Below are positions 36,718-45,652 of a stretch of DNA of 64,000 nt, piece by piece. The notes beneath the pieces are model-generated. The model was not told the DNA's origin and did not search any database. It was given only the letters and a program-made list of their open reading frames with translations. The stretch is from Anaerolineales bacterium (GTDB taxonomy: Bacteria; Chloroflexota; Anaerolineae; Anaerolineales; RBG-16-64-43). The stretch is taken from positions 8,615-72,614 of the forward strand of contig JBEKXU010000007.1 of NCBI GenBank assembly GCA_049511715.1, written 5' to 3'. The position numbers and the translations under genes are program-made. Numbering within the stretch: position 1 is the stretch's first letter; each line of letters begins with the position of its first letter.

Positions 36718-36774
36718 CCTGATGGGGTCTGCTCCGGCCTCCCTCGGTTCCCCGGCTTATCTTCCGCGGCCTGA

Positions 36775-39339
36775 ATGAGCACCAATCTGCTCGCGTTCTG
36801 GAAATGGTGGGCGGCCCTTCTGCTTTTGGGCGCGGCCGCCTGGCCTCTGATTTTCTACCTCTTCCGGAGGTTGCCGGATCGGGGCCTGACCCTGGCTCGT
36901 CCCTTTGGCCTTTTGCTCGTGGGCTACCTGTTCTGGCTGGGAGCCTCCTTCGGGTTTTGGACCAACACGGCAGGTTCCGCCGCAGCGGCCGCGATCGCCG
37001 TGTTCGCGGTCGGCACGACCGCGTGCCTCCACGCTAGGGTGAGCCCTTGGGCTTGGCTGGGCCGTAAGAGGCGGATGGCCCTCGCCCAGGAGGCCGTGTT
37101 CCTCCTTGCGTTCACCGCCTGGGCCTGGGTGCGGGCGAACAATCCTGCTGCCGTCGACACCGAAAAGCCGATGGAGTTGGCGTTCATCAACTCGATCTTG
37201 CGATCGGTGACCTTTCCTCCCCGGGACCCGTGGCTTTCAGGCTACGCAATTTCCTACTACTACTTTGGCTATGTCCTGGTGGCCATGCTGGCCAAGATGG
37301 CCGCTGTGAGTGGGGCGTATGCCTTCAACCTGGGAGTCTCTTCCTGGTATGGGATGGCGGGACTGGCGGCCTATGGATTATTGAGCAATCTGCTGGCCCT
37401 GCGCGAGCGCGGGCGGGGTGCCCAGGAACGCTTTCGCTGGGCGGGTCTCCTGGCCCCTCTGACCCTGCTAGGCGTTGGGAACTTCGAGGGCATTCTCGAG
37501 GTTCTCTACAATCTCCACATTGGGTGGAGCGGCCAAAGCGGGCCGTTTTGGCAATGGCTCGATATTCTTGACCTTTCCTCACCCCCGACAAGCCCGGCGA
37601 CTCTGGATCCAACTCACTATCGCTTCTGGTGGTGGTGGCGCGCCTCGCGGGTCATCCAGGATCGGGACTTGCTGGGACGGAGTTTCAGCCTCCAGCCCAT
37701 CGATGAGTTCCCCTCCTTTTCGTTCATGTTGGGCGATCTTCACCCACACGTTCTGGCCCTCCCCATGGGGCTGGCCGTCCTGGGGTTGGGGCTGGAGCTC
37801 TTGCTTCGGATTTGGCGTTTGCCGGGCGCGCCGCGAAGGAGGCCCAGCCTAGGCGCCTTGTTTCCTCTTCCGTTGGCCGGGTTTGCCTCGCTGGTCCTTG
37901 GCGGGCTCGCCTTTCTCAACACGTGGGATTTTCCGGTCTACCTGCTCATCTGCGCCGGCGCAACCTGGCTTGCATGGCGAAAATGGGGGAGGCCGGGTCT
38001 CGGGCCTCTGGCCGGACGGTGGGGAGAGATTCTCGCGCTCGGGGTTCTCCTGTACCTGCCCTTCTATCTCAGCTTCTCATCCCAGGCGGCCGGCGTTCTG
38101 CCCAACCTCATCTTTGTCACAAAAGGTCAACAGTTCGCCGTGATGTTTGGGCCACTCCTGATTCCCGTGGCACTATGGCTTGGCTCTCTGGCCCTCTCGC
38201 GGAGGGGGCAGTTGGCCTGGGGGCGCGGTTTCCTGTTGGCGGCCGGGCTCGCCTTCGGTCTCTTTTCCTTCTCGCTCTTGCTGGGAGCGCTGGCGGTGCA
38301 AGACCCGTATGCGGCCCCCTTCGTCAGCAAACTCATCCAGCCGATGAGTGTCCGCCAGGCCGTGCTGGCGCTTCTCCAGCGGCGGTTGGTCATGCCGGGG
38401 TCTCTGATCGCTCTCGTGGCCCTCCTGACGCTGGTCTTCGCCGCGTTGCTGCCGAAAGGTCGGAAGCGCGATGCCTGCGCAGGAGGCGGCACGGAGTCTT
38501 CTCCCAAGAAGGGAAACCTGTGCCTTGCGCCGCAAGGGTTTTCCCCCGCGGAGATATTCCTGCTGTTGCTGGTTGCGGTGGGGGCGGCCCTGGTGCTCGT
38601 GCCCGAGTTTGTCTACCTGCGAGACCAATTCGGGGCGCGCATGAACACCGTCTTCAAGTTTTACTTCCAGGCCTGGGCGTATTGGAGTCTCGCTGCGGCC
38701 TATGGCCTGGTGGTCCTTTGGGGTTGGCGGCAGAGTCGATCGCAGGCCCCTTCCCACCCGGCGCGGGAAGGTGGGACGCCCTTCTGGATCCGGCTGAGCT
38801 GTGGCCTTGCTGTCGCTGGGTTGCTCCTGGGGTTCCTCTACACGCCCCTTTCGGTTTGGACGAAGACCTCTGGTTTTGGCCTCGGATCTTCGGCGACCCT
38901 GGACGCCTCCGCCCACTTGGAGTTGGACGATCCTGCCGACGCGCAGGCCATCGCTTGGATCAATTCCAATCTGAAGGGCGGCCCAATGGCCGAGGCGGTG
39001 GGGGGGGATTACACGAACTTCGCGCGAATCTCAACCTACACGGGCCTTCCGACGGTACTGGGTTGGCCTGGCCACGAAGGGCAGTGGAGGGGTGGGTATA
39101 ATGAGATCGGCTCCCGCCAGGACGACATGGCCCAACTCTACCGCACCCAGGATTGGACGATGGCGCTCAACATCATTGAGCGATACCAAATCCAGTATGT
39201 TTACTATGGCCCCCTGGAGATCCAGGCGTACGGAAGCTCCGGCCTGGCGAAATTCCAGGCCCACCTGCGCGTCGCGTATCACAGCGAGCAGGTGACTATC
39301 TTCGAGGTCGAGCCGAACGCATCCTCCGGAGGCTCTTAG
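36775..39339 (+). CDS. YYY-domain (DUF2298 / chlor_Arch_YYY) integral membrane protein
   Basis: TEKPMELAFINSILRSVTFPPRDPWLSGYAISYYYFGYV, EFPSFSFMLGDLHPH, NTWDFPVYL, RMNTVFKFYFQAW, YTGLPTVLGWPGHEGQWRG. Confidence 0.75.
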   Translation: MSTNLLAFWKWWAALLLLGAAAWPLIFYLFRRLPDRGLTLARPFGLLLVGYLFWLGASFGFWTNTAGSAAAAAIAVFAVGTTACLHARVSPWAWLGRKRRMALAQEAVFLLAFTAWAWVRANNPAAVDTEKPMELAFINSILRSVTFPPRDPWLSGYAISYYYFGYVLVAMLAKMAAVSGAYAFNLGVSSWYGMAGLAAYGLLSNLLALRERGRGAQERFRWAGLLAPLTLLGVGNFEGILEVLYNLHIGWSGQSGPFWQWLDILDLSSPPTSPATLDPTHYRFWWWWRASRVIQDRDLLGRSFSLQPIDEFPSFSFMLGDLHPHVLALPMGLAVLGLGLELLLRIWRLPGAPRRRPSLGALFPLPLAGFASLVLGGLAFLNTWDFPVYLLICAGATWLAWRKWGRPGLGPLAGRWGEILALGVLLYLPFYLSFSSQAAGVLPNLIFVTKGQQFAVMFGPLLIPVALWLGSLALSRRGQLAWGRGFLLAAGLAFGLFSFSLLLGALAVQDPYAAPFVSKLIQPMSVRQAVLALLQRRLVMPGSLIALVALLTLVFAALLPKGRKRDACAGGGTESSPKKGNLCLAPQGFSPAEIFLLLLVAVGAALVLVPEFVYLRDQFGARMNTVFKFYFQAWAYWSLAAAYGLVVLWGWRQSRSQAPSHPAREGGTPFWIRLSCGLAVAGLLLGFLYTPLSVWTKTSGFGLGSSATLDASAHLELDDPADAQAIAWINSNLKGGPMAEAVGGDYTNFARISTYTGLPTVLGWPGHEGQWRGGYNEIGSRQDDMAQLYRTQDWTMALNIIERYQIQYVYYGPLEIQAYGSSGLAKFQAHLRVAYHSEQVTIFEVEPNASSGGS

Positions 39340-39342
39340 CTT

Positions 39343-41157
39343 ATGAAGGCTGTTGGCCAGCCCGGGTCTGTCGCTCCACCGCCGCCCCAGGCGTCGGCGC
39401 TCGATTCTTTCTTCCGAGAGCACGAGATGGCCTTGTATGCGGGGGCGGTGGCCATTGCCCTGGCTCTGCGGTTTGCTGGTCTGTCCGCGTTCCCGCTAAG
39501 TGACACAGAGGCCGCCCAGGCCTGGGCGGCTCTTCATCTCGCGCGGGGCCAGATCGTAGCCGACCTGGGGGCCACCAATCCTCTGTACACCGTCCTCACG
39601 GCCGCCCTGTTTTTCGTCGGGGGACCAGGCGACTTTCTGGCCCGACTGTGGCCTGCTGTCGCGGGCACGGCTGTGGTCCTTCTGCCCCTTGGCATGAGGC
39701 GGGCCTTTAACCGGTCGGAGGCGATTCTGGCCTCCTTCCTGCTTGCCCTTTCCCCGGGGATCACCGCGATCTCCCACCTGGCGGGGGGCGCCACCCTTGC
39801 GCTCTTGCCGATGGGAATCCTCATTCTGCTTGCCGCGGAGGAAGGACTGGCCCAGAGCCCCGGGCTGGCCGGTGTTTGTGCAGGCGCAGCGTTGGCCACC
39901 GGGAGCGATGGCCTCACCGGGCTGCTTCTGCTCGGGTTGGGGATTGGAATTGCCAGCCTCTGGGCAAGGAAGGCAAGCAGGGCCGTGCCGATCGAGGGGA
40001 CCATCCGGGACGATGTTTCCCGCTTGCTGGCGTCCTCTCGCTTTTGGATCGCCGCTGCCTTGTCATTCGCAATTGGGGTGACCGGACTCCTTTTTCCAGC
40101 CGGCTTGGGAGTGTTCGCCTCGGGGTTGCAAAGATGGGCCTCCGAGCTGGTTCAGCCCGCAGGATACTCCGTGGGGCAGATGGTGCTGCTCCTGCTGGGT
40201 TACGAAGGCCTGGCCTTTCTGGGCTGTCTCACGGCTATGGGCTTGCTCCGCAGCGAGCGGATGAGCGGGGGCCTGTTTTTCCTTCTGGCTTTCTTGGGCT
40301 TGGCAGTGCTCTGGTGCCTCCTTCGCCCAGGGCGGTCTCCGGAGGATGCGATCTGGGTCCTCTTCCCCATGGTGATCTTGGCCAGCAGGGGGATCTATCG
40401 AACGCTATGCACCTTTGCCGCTTCTCACAGCCGCTGGGCGAGTCGGTGCCAGGTCCTGGCGAGTCTGGCGCTGGGAGTTTTTGCCTGGCAGAGCTTTGCC
40501 GGGCACGCGGTCCTGGGCGGACAAGTGCCGGACAGTTCCGCTGCCATCCGGATTGGCGTCGGGGTTGTCGCGATTGTGGCGATGGTTGTGCTGGCCGGTC
40601 TCTTTGCCACGAGCTGGAGCGAAAATGTGAGCGTGGCGGCCGCCGGGCTGGGCCTGGCGGTCGGGATTCTTCTCTTGGTGGGCCAGATCTCAGCCGCGGC
40701 CAATCTCGCAGGGACCCGGCGCGGAGAGGCCAACGAAGTGTGGTGGCCCTCTGCCACGACGAATCAACTGGGATTCCTGGTGAGCAATTTGCAGCAAATC
40801 TCAGAATGGCAGACCGGAACCCCTGAGGATCTGCCGATCGTGGTCTCGGGCGATCCCGACAGCGCGGTGGGCTGGGCGCTCAGATCGTTCCCCAACACCT
40901 CCTATGCCATTCCCAATGCAGGCGCCGACCCGGCGGTATACCTTTCCATTGAGGTCGCAGGAAAGAATCAGCCCCTGCCGCCATTCTCGGCAGCGTACAT
41001 GGGCGAGCCCTTCACCCTGCAGACGTATCGGGCCTGGAGCGACTTCCCCCCGGACCTGCTGGCTTGGTGGATTTATCGAATGGCTCCGACTCGGACTGAG
41101 CGGGTCATCCTGTGGGCGCGGCAGGACGTGCTGAACCCAGGCCCTGGAAAAGGCTAG
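39343..41157 (+). CDS. polytopic membrane protein, GT-C-like N-terminus (function unknown)
   Basis: ~12 hydrophobic segments. First-loop pattern LRFAGLSAFPLSDTEAAQAWAAL resembles the R-x-L-x-PL-x-DE-A motif of ArnT/PMT_2 enzymes. ~130-aa C-terminal soluble domain. Starts 3 nt after the previous stop. Confidence 0.5.
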   Translation: MKAVGQPGSVAPPPPQASALDSFFREHEMALYAGAVAIALALRFAGLSAFPLSDTEAAQAWAALHLARGQIVADLGATNPLYTVLTAALFFVGGPGDFLARLWPAVAGTAVVLLPLGMRRAFNRSEAILASFLLALSPGITAISHLAGGATLALLPMGILILLAAEEGLAQSPGLAGVCAGAALATGSDGLTGLLLLGLGIGIASLWARKASRAVPIEGTIRDDVSRLLASSRFWIAAALSFAIGVTGLLFPAGLGVFASGLQRWASELVQPAGYSVGQMVLLLLGYEGLAFLGCLTAMGLLRSERMSGGLFFLLAFLGLAVLWCLLRPGRSPEDAIWVLFPMVILASRGIYRTLCTFAASHSRWASRCQVLASLALGVFAWQSFAGHAVLGGQVPDSSAAIRIGVGVVAIVAMVVLAGLFATSWSENVSVAAAGLGLAVGILLLVGQISAAANLAGTRRGEANEVWWPSATTNQLGFLVSNLQQISEWQTGTPEDLPIVVSGDPDSAVGWALRSFPNTSYAIPNAGADPAVYLSIEVAGKNQPLPPFSAAYMGEPFTLQTYRAWSDFPPDLLAWWIYRMAPTRTERVILWARQDVLNPGPGKG

Positions 41158-41175
41158 CGAGAGTTCGGGAGGCTC

Positions 41176-41907
41176 ATGGCAAGGCTGGGTGGAGACTCCG
41201 GAATCATCGCGATCGATGGGACGGCCGCTTCCGGCAAGACCACCCTCGCCCGATGCCTGGCCGAGCATCTGGGGTATCTTTACTTTGATACCGGGGTGAT
41301 GTACCGCGCGCTCACTCTGGCCGCAATACGCAAAGGATTGTCCACGGCGGACGAGGCGGGCCTGAGTGAGCTGGCCGAGCGGATCACCATCGACGTCCGT
41401 CCTCCCAGTGTGAAGGATGGAAGACCTTGCACCGTTCTGTTGGACGGGGAAGACGTGACCTGGCTGATCCGGTCGGAGCAGGTGGATCAGCTGGTTTCCC
41501 CCGTGTCCGTCTTCGCGGAGGTCCGCCGGGCGCTTTCGGCTCAGCAAAGGCGCATCGGTCTGCGCGGGCGCGTGGTGATGGTCGGGCGGGACATTGGAAC
41601 AGTGGTCCTTCCCGAAGCGGATCTGAAGATCTTCCTGGACGCCTCTCTGGAGGAACGGGCCAGGCGCCGGCATTTGGAGCTGGAGGCGAGGGGCTTCGCT
41701 CCCTCTCTGGAGGAGGTGCGCCGCTCGCTCGGGGAGCGGGACCGCATTGACTCGGAACGCTCGGTGGCTCCTCTGCGGGCCGCCGCCGACGCCGTGCGTA
41801 TTGACTCGACTAGACTTAGCGTTCAAGAGGTCTACGAGCAGGTGGAGGCCATGATCCCGAAAGGAATGGCGGAACCAGGCCAGCCAGGGAAGAACACGGC
41901 GGGCTGA
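41176..41907 (+). CDS. cmk: cytidylate kinase
   Basis: P-loop IAIDGTAASGKTT, FDTGVMYRA. SD GGGAGG upstream. Confidence 0.9.
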   Translation: MARLGGDSGIIAIDGTAASGKTTLARCLAEHLGYLYFDTGVMYRALTLAAIRKGLSTADEAGLSELAERITIDVRPPSVKDGRPCTVLLDGEDVTWLIRSEQVDQLVSPVSVFAEVRRALSAQQRRIGLRGRVVMVGRDIGTVVLPEADLKIFLDASLEERARRRHLELEARGFAPSLEEVRRSLGERDRIDSERSVAPLRAAADAVRIDSTRLSVQEVYEQVEAMIPKGMAEPGQPGKNTAG

Positions 41908-41979
41908 GCGCCATCAGAGTAGGCACACGGCTTTCCGCCGCACAAGAGGTAAGACCCACAGTTGAGAGGAGTCCTCACC

Positions 41980-42720
41980 GTGAATCCCGCCGCGAGCTTG
42001 GGCAAGAAGCGCTTCGCTTGGGGGGGCCGTCCGTATGTCCCTTCCCGCTTCGTACCGATCCGGACCGTCCTGCACTTCCTGCTGAGAAACTTCGCCTGCC
42101 GCATGCTCATTCGTCTCGAGGGCGTCGAAGGGTTGCAGAACATTCCTCCTTCCGGTGCCGCGATCTTGATGATCAACCACATTGCCTTCGTGGACCCGCT
42201 GGTCGTCATGGCCGTAGCCCCCAGGTTGGTCGTCCCCATGGCGAAGATCGAGGTATACAGTCTGCCGGTTATCGGCCTGTTCCCGAAGCTCTACGGGGTC
42301 ATCCCGGTCCGACGCAGTGAGGTGGATCGGCGGGCTTTGGCCATGGCTCTGGACGTGCTGGAGGCGGGAGAGACCGTTCTGGTTGCTCCGGAAGGGCACC
42401 GGGGATCGGCCCTGCAGCAGGGAAAGGAAGGCATGGCCTTCTTGGCTATCCGCTCGGGCGCTCCGGTAGTCCCGGTGGCCATTGACGGAACGGTGGGATA
42501 TCCCTCTGCCGATCCCAGACGCTGGGCTCGGGGGGGAGCGCACATCACCTTCGGGAAGCCATTTCGATTGCATCCGGCCTTGGGCGAATCGCTGCGCGGA
42601 CAACTGCGGGAAATGACCGACGAAGCCATGCGTCAGGTGGCTTCGATGCTTCCTCCTGCGCGCCGGGGAGTCTATGCCGCCTCGGTCTCGTCGCCTCCCA
42701 GGCATCTCGACTTCTCTTGA
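41980..42720 (+). CDS. plsC: 1-acyl-sn-glycerol-3-phosphate acyltransferase
   Basis: HX4D motif NHIAFVD and VAPEGHRG. Start placed at GTG 41980, 10 nt after GAGGAG (the ORF opens at TTG 41962). Confidence 0.8.
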   Translation: MNPAASLGKKRFAWGGRPYVPSRFVPIRTVLHFLLRNFACRMLIRLEGVEGLQNIPPSGAAILMINHIAFVDPLVVMAVAPRLVVPMAKIEVYSLPVIGLFPKLYGVIPVRRSEVDRRALAMALDVLEAGETVLVAPEGHRGSALQQGKEGMAFLAIRSGAPVVPVAIDGTVGYPSADPRRWARGGAHITFGKPFRLHPALGESLRGQLREMTDEAMRQVASMLPPARRGVYAASVSSPPRHLDFS

Positions 42721-42893
42721 GCCCAAGTCCATTCCAGTGGGGTCGATGACCGTCCATACCCGCTTGCAGGGGCCGTCGGAAGCTTCACGAACTCGCCTCC
42801 TCGGCGCTCGGCCGATTGCTCGCGGGTCGCTTTCCACGTGGAAGGACCTGCCGGACCACCCTGCGAGGGGCCTCCGCCGTGCCTGATCCGGTC

Positions 42894-44285
42894 ATGGGCA
42901 GGGTCCGGACGGTCGCCGCGGGGGGCCTGGGGAGCCGTCTGGGGATCAAACCTGGCGACCAACTGTTGGAGGTCAATGGCCACGCCGTTGAGGACGTGAT
43001 CGATGTCCAGTTTTACGCCGCGGAAGACCGCGTGGAACTGGTTTGGTTCCGCGACGGTATCCCCCGACGGGCCGAGGCGGACCGACGGCCGGGAGAAGGG
43101 CTCGGCCTGGAATTCGACCACCCGACCTTCGACATTGACATTCGCCGCTGCAACAACCTTTGCTCTTTTTGTTTTGTGCTGCAGACCGCGCCGCACATGC
43201 GGCGAACGCTGTACATCAAGGATGACGATTACCGCTATTCGTTTCTCTTCGGACATTTCGTGACGCTCACGAATCTGAAGCCAAGAGATTGGGAGCGCAT
43301 CGTTGAGCAGCACCTTTCCCCCTTGTACGTCTCGGTCCACTCGACCGAACTCGAGTTGCGACGAGCCTGTCTGGCCAACCCTTCGGCACCCGATATCCTC
43401 GATCAAATCCGTTTTCTGGTTGAGAAAGGGATCGAGCTGCATGCCCAAGTGGTTCTACTTCCAGGCCGGAATGACGGCGAGCACCTGGATCGATCACTCA
43501 CGGATCTGGCCCGGTTCTACCCGGGGGTGCGCTCGTGCACGGTGGTGCCCGTGGGATTGACCCGCCATCAGCGCCACGGTCATCGGCCCTTCACCCCAGA
43601 GGAATGTCGGTCTGTCCTGGACCAAGTGGAGACTCGCCAACAGGAGTTTCTTGGTCAGATGGGTTCTCGCTTTGGCTTCCTGACTGATGAATGGTATCTG
43701 GTGGCGGGTCGGCCCATTCCCGCCAACGCATACTACGAAGGCCTCGACTTGCGCGAAAATGGCCTGGGCATGGTGAGGGACTTTCTCAACGACTGGGCGG
43801 CCGTCCGGCGGGAGGTTTCCCGGCTGCCAAGGAAGGCCGCGTGGCGTCGGGCGACGCTGGTGACCGGTACGCTTTTTGCGCCGACGCTCAAGAACGCGGC
43901 GCAGGAGTTTAACCTCCTGGCCGGCAGCGCACTCGAAGTCAGGGGGGTGACCAATGCTCGCTTGGGCTCCACGGTAACCGTGGCAGGGCTTCTGATGGGC
44001 CGGGAGGTCATCCAGGCGCTACAGGTCGGCGACCCGGGGGAACTGCTGGTCCTGCCCAGACGCATGTTCGACCATCCGCAGGCGCTGAGCCTGGACGACA
44101 TTTCTCCGCTCGAAGTGGCCAGAGAACTTCGGGTGCCCGTCTATCTCGGCGATTCCATGGGGGACGTGCTCCACGCGCTGCAGGGCACCAATCCGCTTTC
44201 CGTCCGCCCCGAGGATGCGAAGCTCACCCCGCAGTTGCTCCGCGCAGGCGGGTGGGCCGTTGAAAAGAACCTGCCGTCGGCGTAA
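42894..44285 (+). CDS. PDZ plus radical-SAM-like plus DUF512 domain protein
   Basis: PDZ-like N-terminus (GLGSRLGIKPGDQLLEVNGHAV), CX3CX2C cluster motif CNNLCSFC, and a DUF512-like C-terminal half. Confidence 0.7.
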   Translation: MGRVRTVAAGGLGSRLGIKPGDQLLEVNGHAVEDVIDVQFYAAEDRVELVWFRDGIPRRAEADRRPGEGLGLEFDHPTFDIDIRRCNNLCSFCFVLQTAPHMRRTLYIKDDDYRYSFLFGHFVTLTNLKPRDWERIVEQHLSPLYVSVHSTELELRRACLANPSAPDILDQIRFLVEKGIELHAQVVLLPGRNDGEHLDRSLTDLARFYPGVRSCTVVPVGLTRHQRHGHRPFTPEECRSVLDQVETRQQEFLGQMGSRFGFLTDEWYLVAGRPIPANAYYEGLDLRENGLGMVRDFLNDWAAVRREVSRLPRKAAWRRATLVTGTLFAPTLKNAAQEFNLLAGSALEVRGVTNARLGSTVTVAGLLMGREVIQALQVGDPGELLVLPRRMFDHPQALSLDDISPLEVARELRVPVYLGDSMGDVLHALQGTNPLSVRPEDAKLTPQLLRAGGWAVEKNLPSA

Positions 44286-44341
44286 TCGACCCAGATTCTT
44301 TCAGGCTGCGGGGATCTGCCCGCGGGCGGTATGACGGCAGG

Positions 44342-45652
44342 TCAACGTTCCGCGGCGGAGCGAGGGGACCCGGCCGGCCGAGCGCCACCGAGCGGCGCCA
44401 ACGGCAGCCTCACGGTGAAGGTCGTCCCTTCTCCCAGCTTGCTCGCGACTTCGATTCGTCCCCGGTGACTCTCGACGATATGGCGCGCGATATATAGCCC
44501 CAGCCCCGTGCCCGGCGCTCGCGACTCTCCGCCCTTGCCGCGAAAGAACCTCTCAAAGACTTGGTTCAGGCTGTCTTCCCCAATTCCGACTCCGGAGTCG
44601 GTGACTTCGATGCAAGCCTGATCGGCGTCGCTTTCGGAAGGGGAACTTACCCGGCGGGCGCGCAGGAGCACCAGGCCGTTGGGCCGGTTGTATTTCACGG
44701 CGTTGGACAGCAAGTTGAGCACAACCTGCTTGATCCTGGCTCGGTCTGCAAAAAGCTCCAGAGGCTCGGCATCGAATTCGCGAACAAATCGCAATTCTTG
44801 AGCATGCATCAGGGGGGTCAAGATTTCCGAGCACTCTGAGAGCAGCGGGCAGAGCTGGAAACGCTCCGGCTGGTAGCGATTGCGCCCTGATTCCAGTCGG
44901 GCCAGGTCAAGGTACTCGTCAGTAAGTTCCGCCAAGCGCCGGATCTCCTGGCGGAGGGTGGCGAGCACTGAGTTGCGCTGCGTATCCTTCAATTCGGGGC
45001 GCTCCAAAAGGGCCGCGGCCGTTTCCAGTGCGCCCAGAGGAGTTCGAATCTCGTGCACGAGTTCCGTGATCAAGTCGCTTTGCTCGAACAACCTCATGCT
45101 CTCAATCGCTACCGCGGCCTGACCGGCCAAAGCTTGCAGCGCCGCAACATCCTCGGGAGCAAACCCGTGGGATTCTCTGGAGAACACCTCCAGGACTCCG
45201 ATTTTTTGGACCTTCCCCTCCAACGGCACCCCGATGAATGCGCTGGGCAAGCTCGGGGCGAGCAGGGCCAGTTCATAGGGCACCGGGCCGTTTTCCACGG
45301 CTCGGCTGATTCCCTCGGGTCCCATAACCAGGGGCTCTCCGGAGGCGATCGCCATGCCTGCCAGACTTCGATCTGGAGGAACCTCGCGGATGCCCAGCGC
45401 GGCCAAGCCCGGATGAGTGGTGGCCTCCACGTGCAGGTCCCCCGAGAGAGGCTCCACGAGCAGGAGGGCGGCTCCGTCGCATTCGAGCAGGCGGGTAGCC
45501 GCCAGAGCCACCCTCTCCAACAGGTCGCTGAGGTGCAGGGCCGAGCTGAGGTCCCGCACCAAGTCCAGCAGCAAGACGTAGCGCCGTAACAGTTCGGGGT
45601 AGTTGCGGGCCGCGGTGTCGGGCCCCACGGGACGTGGCTCAAAGAGCGACAT
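44342..45652 (-). CDS. soluble GAF-domain sensor histidine kinase
   Basis: GAF region, H-box ELVHEIRTPLGAL, N box LLSNAVKYN, G boxes DSGVGI and GTGLGLYIA; no TM segments. Start is ATG 45652 (GAGG 8 nt upstream); the ORF opens at 45712. Confidence 0.8.
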   Translation of the reverse strand: MSLFEPRPVGPDTAARNYPELLRRYVLLLDLVRDLSSALHLSDLLERVALAATRLLECDGAALLLVEPLSGDLHVEATTHPGLAALGIREVPPDRSLAGMAIASGEPLVMGPEGISRAVENGPVPYELALLAPSLPSAFIGVPLEGKVQKIGVLEVFSRESHGFAPEDVAALQALAGQAAVAIESMRLFEQSDLITELVHEIRTPLGALETAAALLERPELKDTQRNSVLATLRQEIRRLAELTDEYLDLARLESGRNRYQPERFQLCPLLSECSEILTPLMHAQELRFVREFDAEPLELFADRARIKQVVLNLLSNAVKYNRPNGLVLLRARRVSSPSESDADQACIEVTDSGVGIGEDSLNQVFERFFRGKGGESRAPGTGLGLYIARHIVESHRGRIEVASKLGEGTTFTVRLPLAPLGGARPAGSPRSAAER

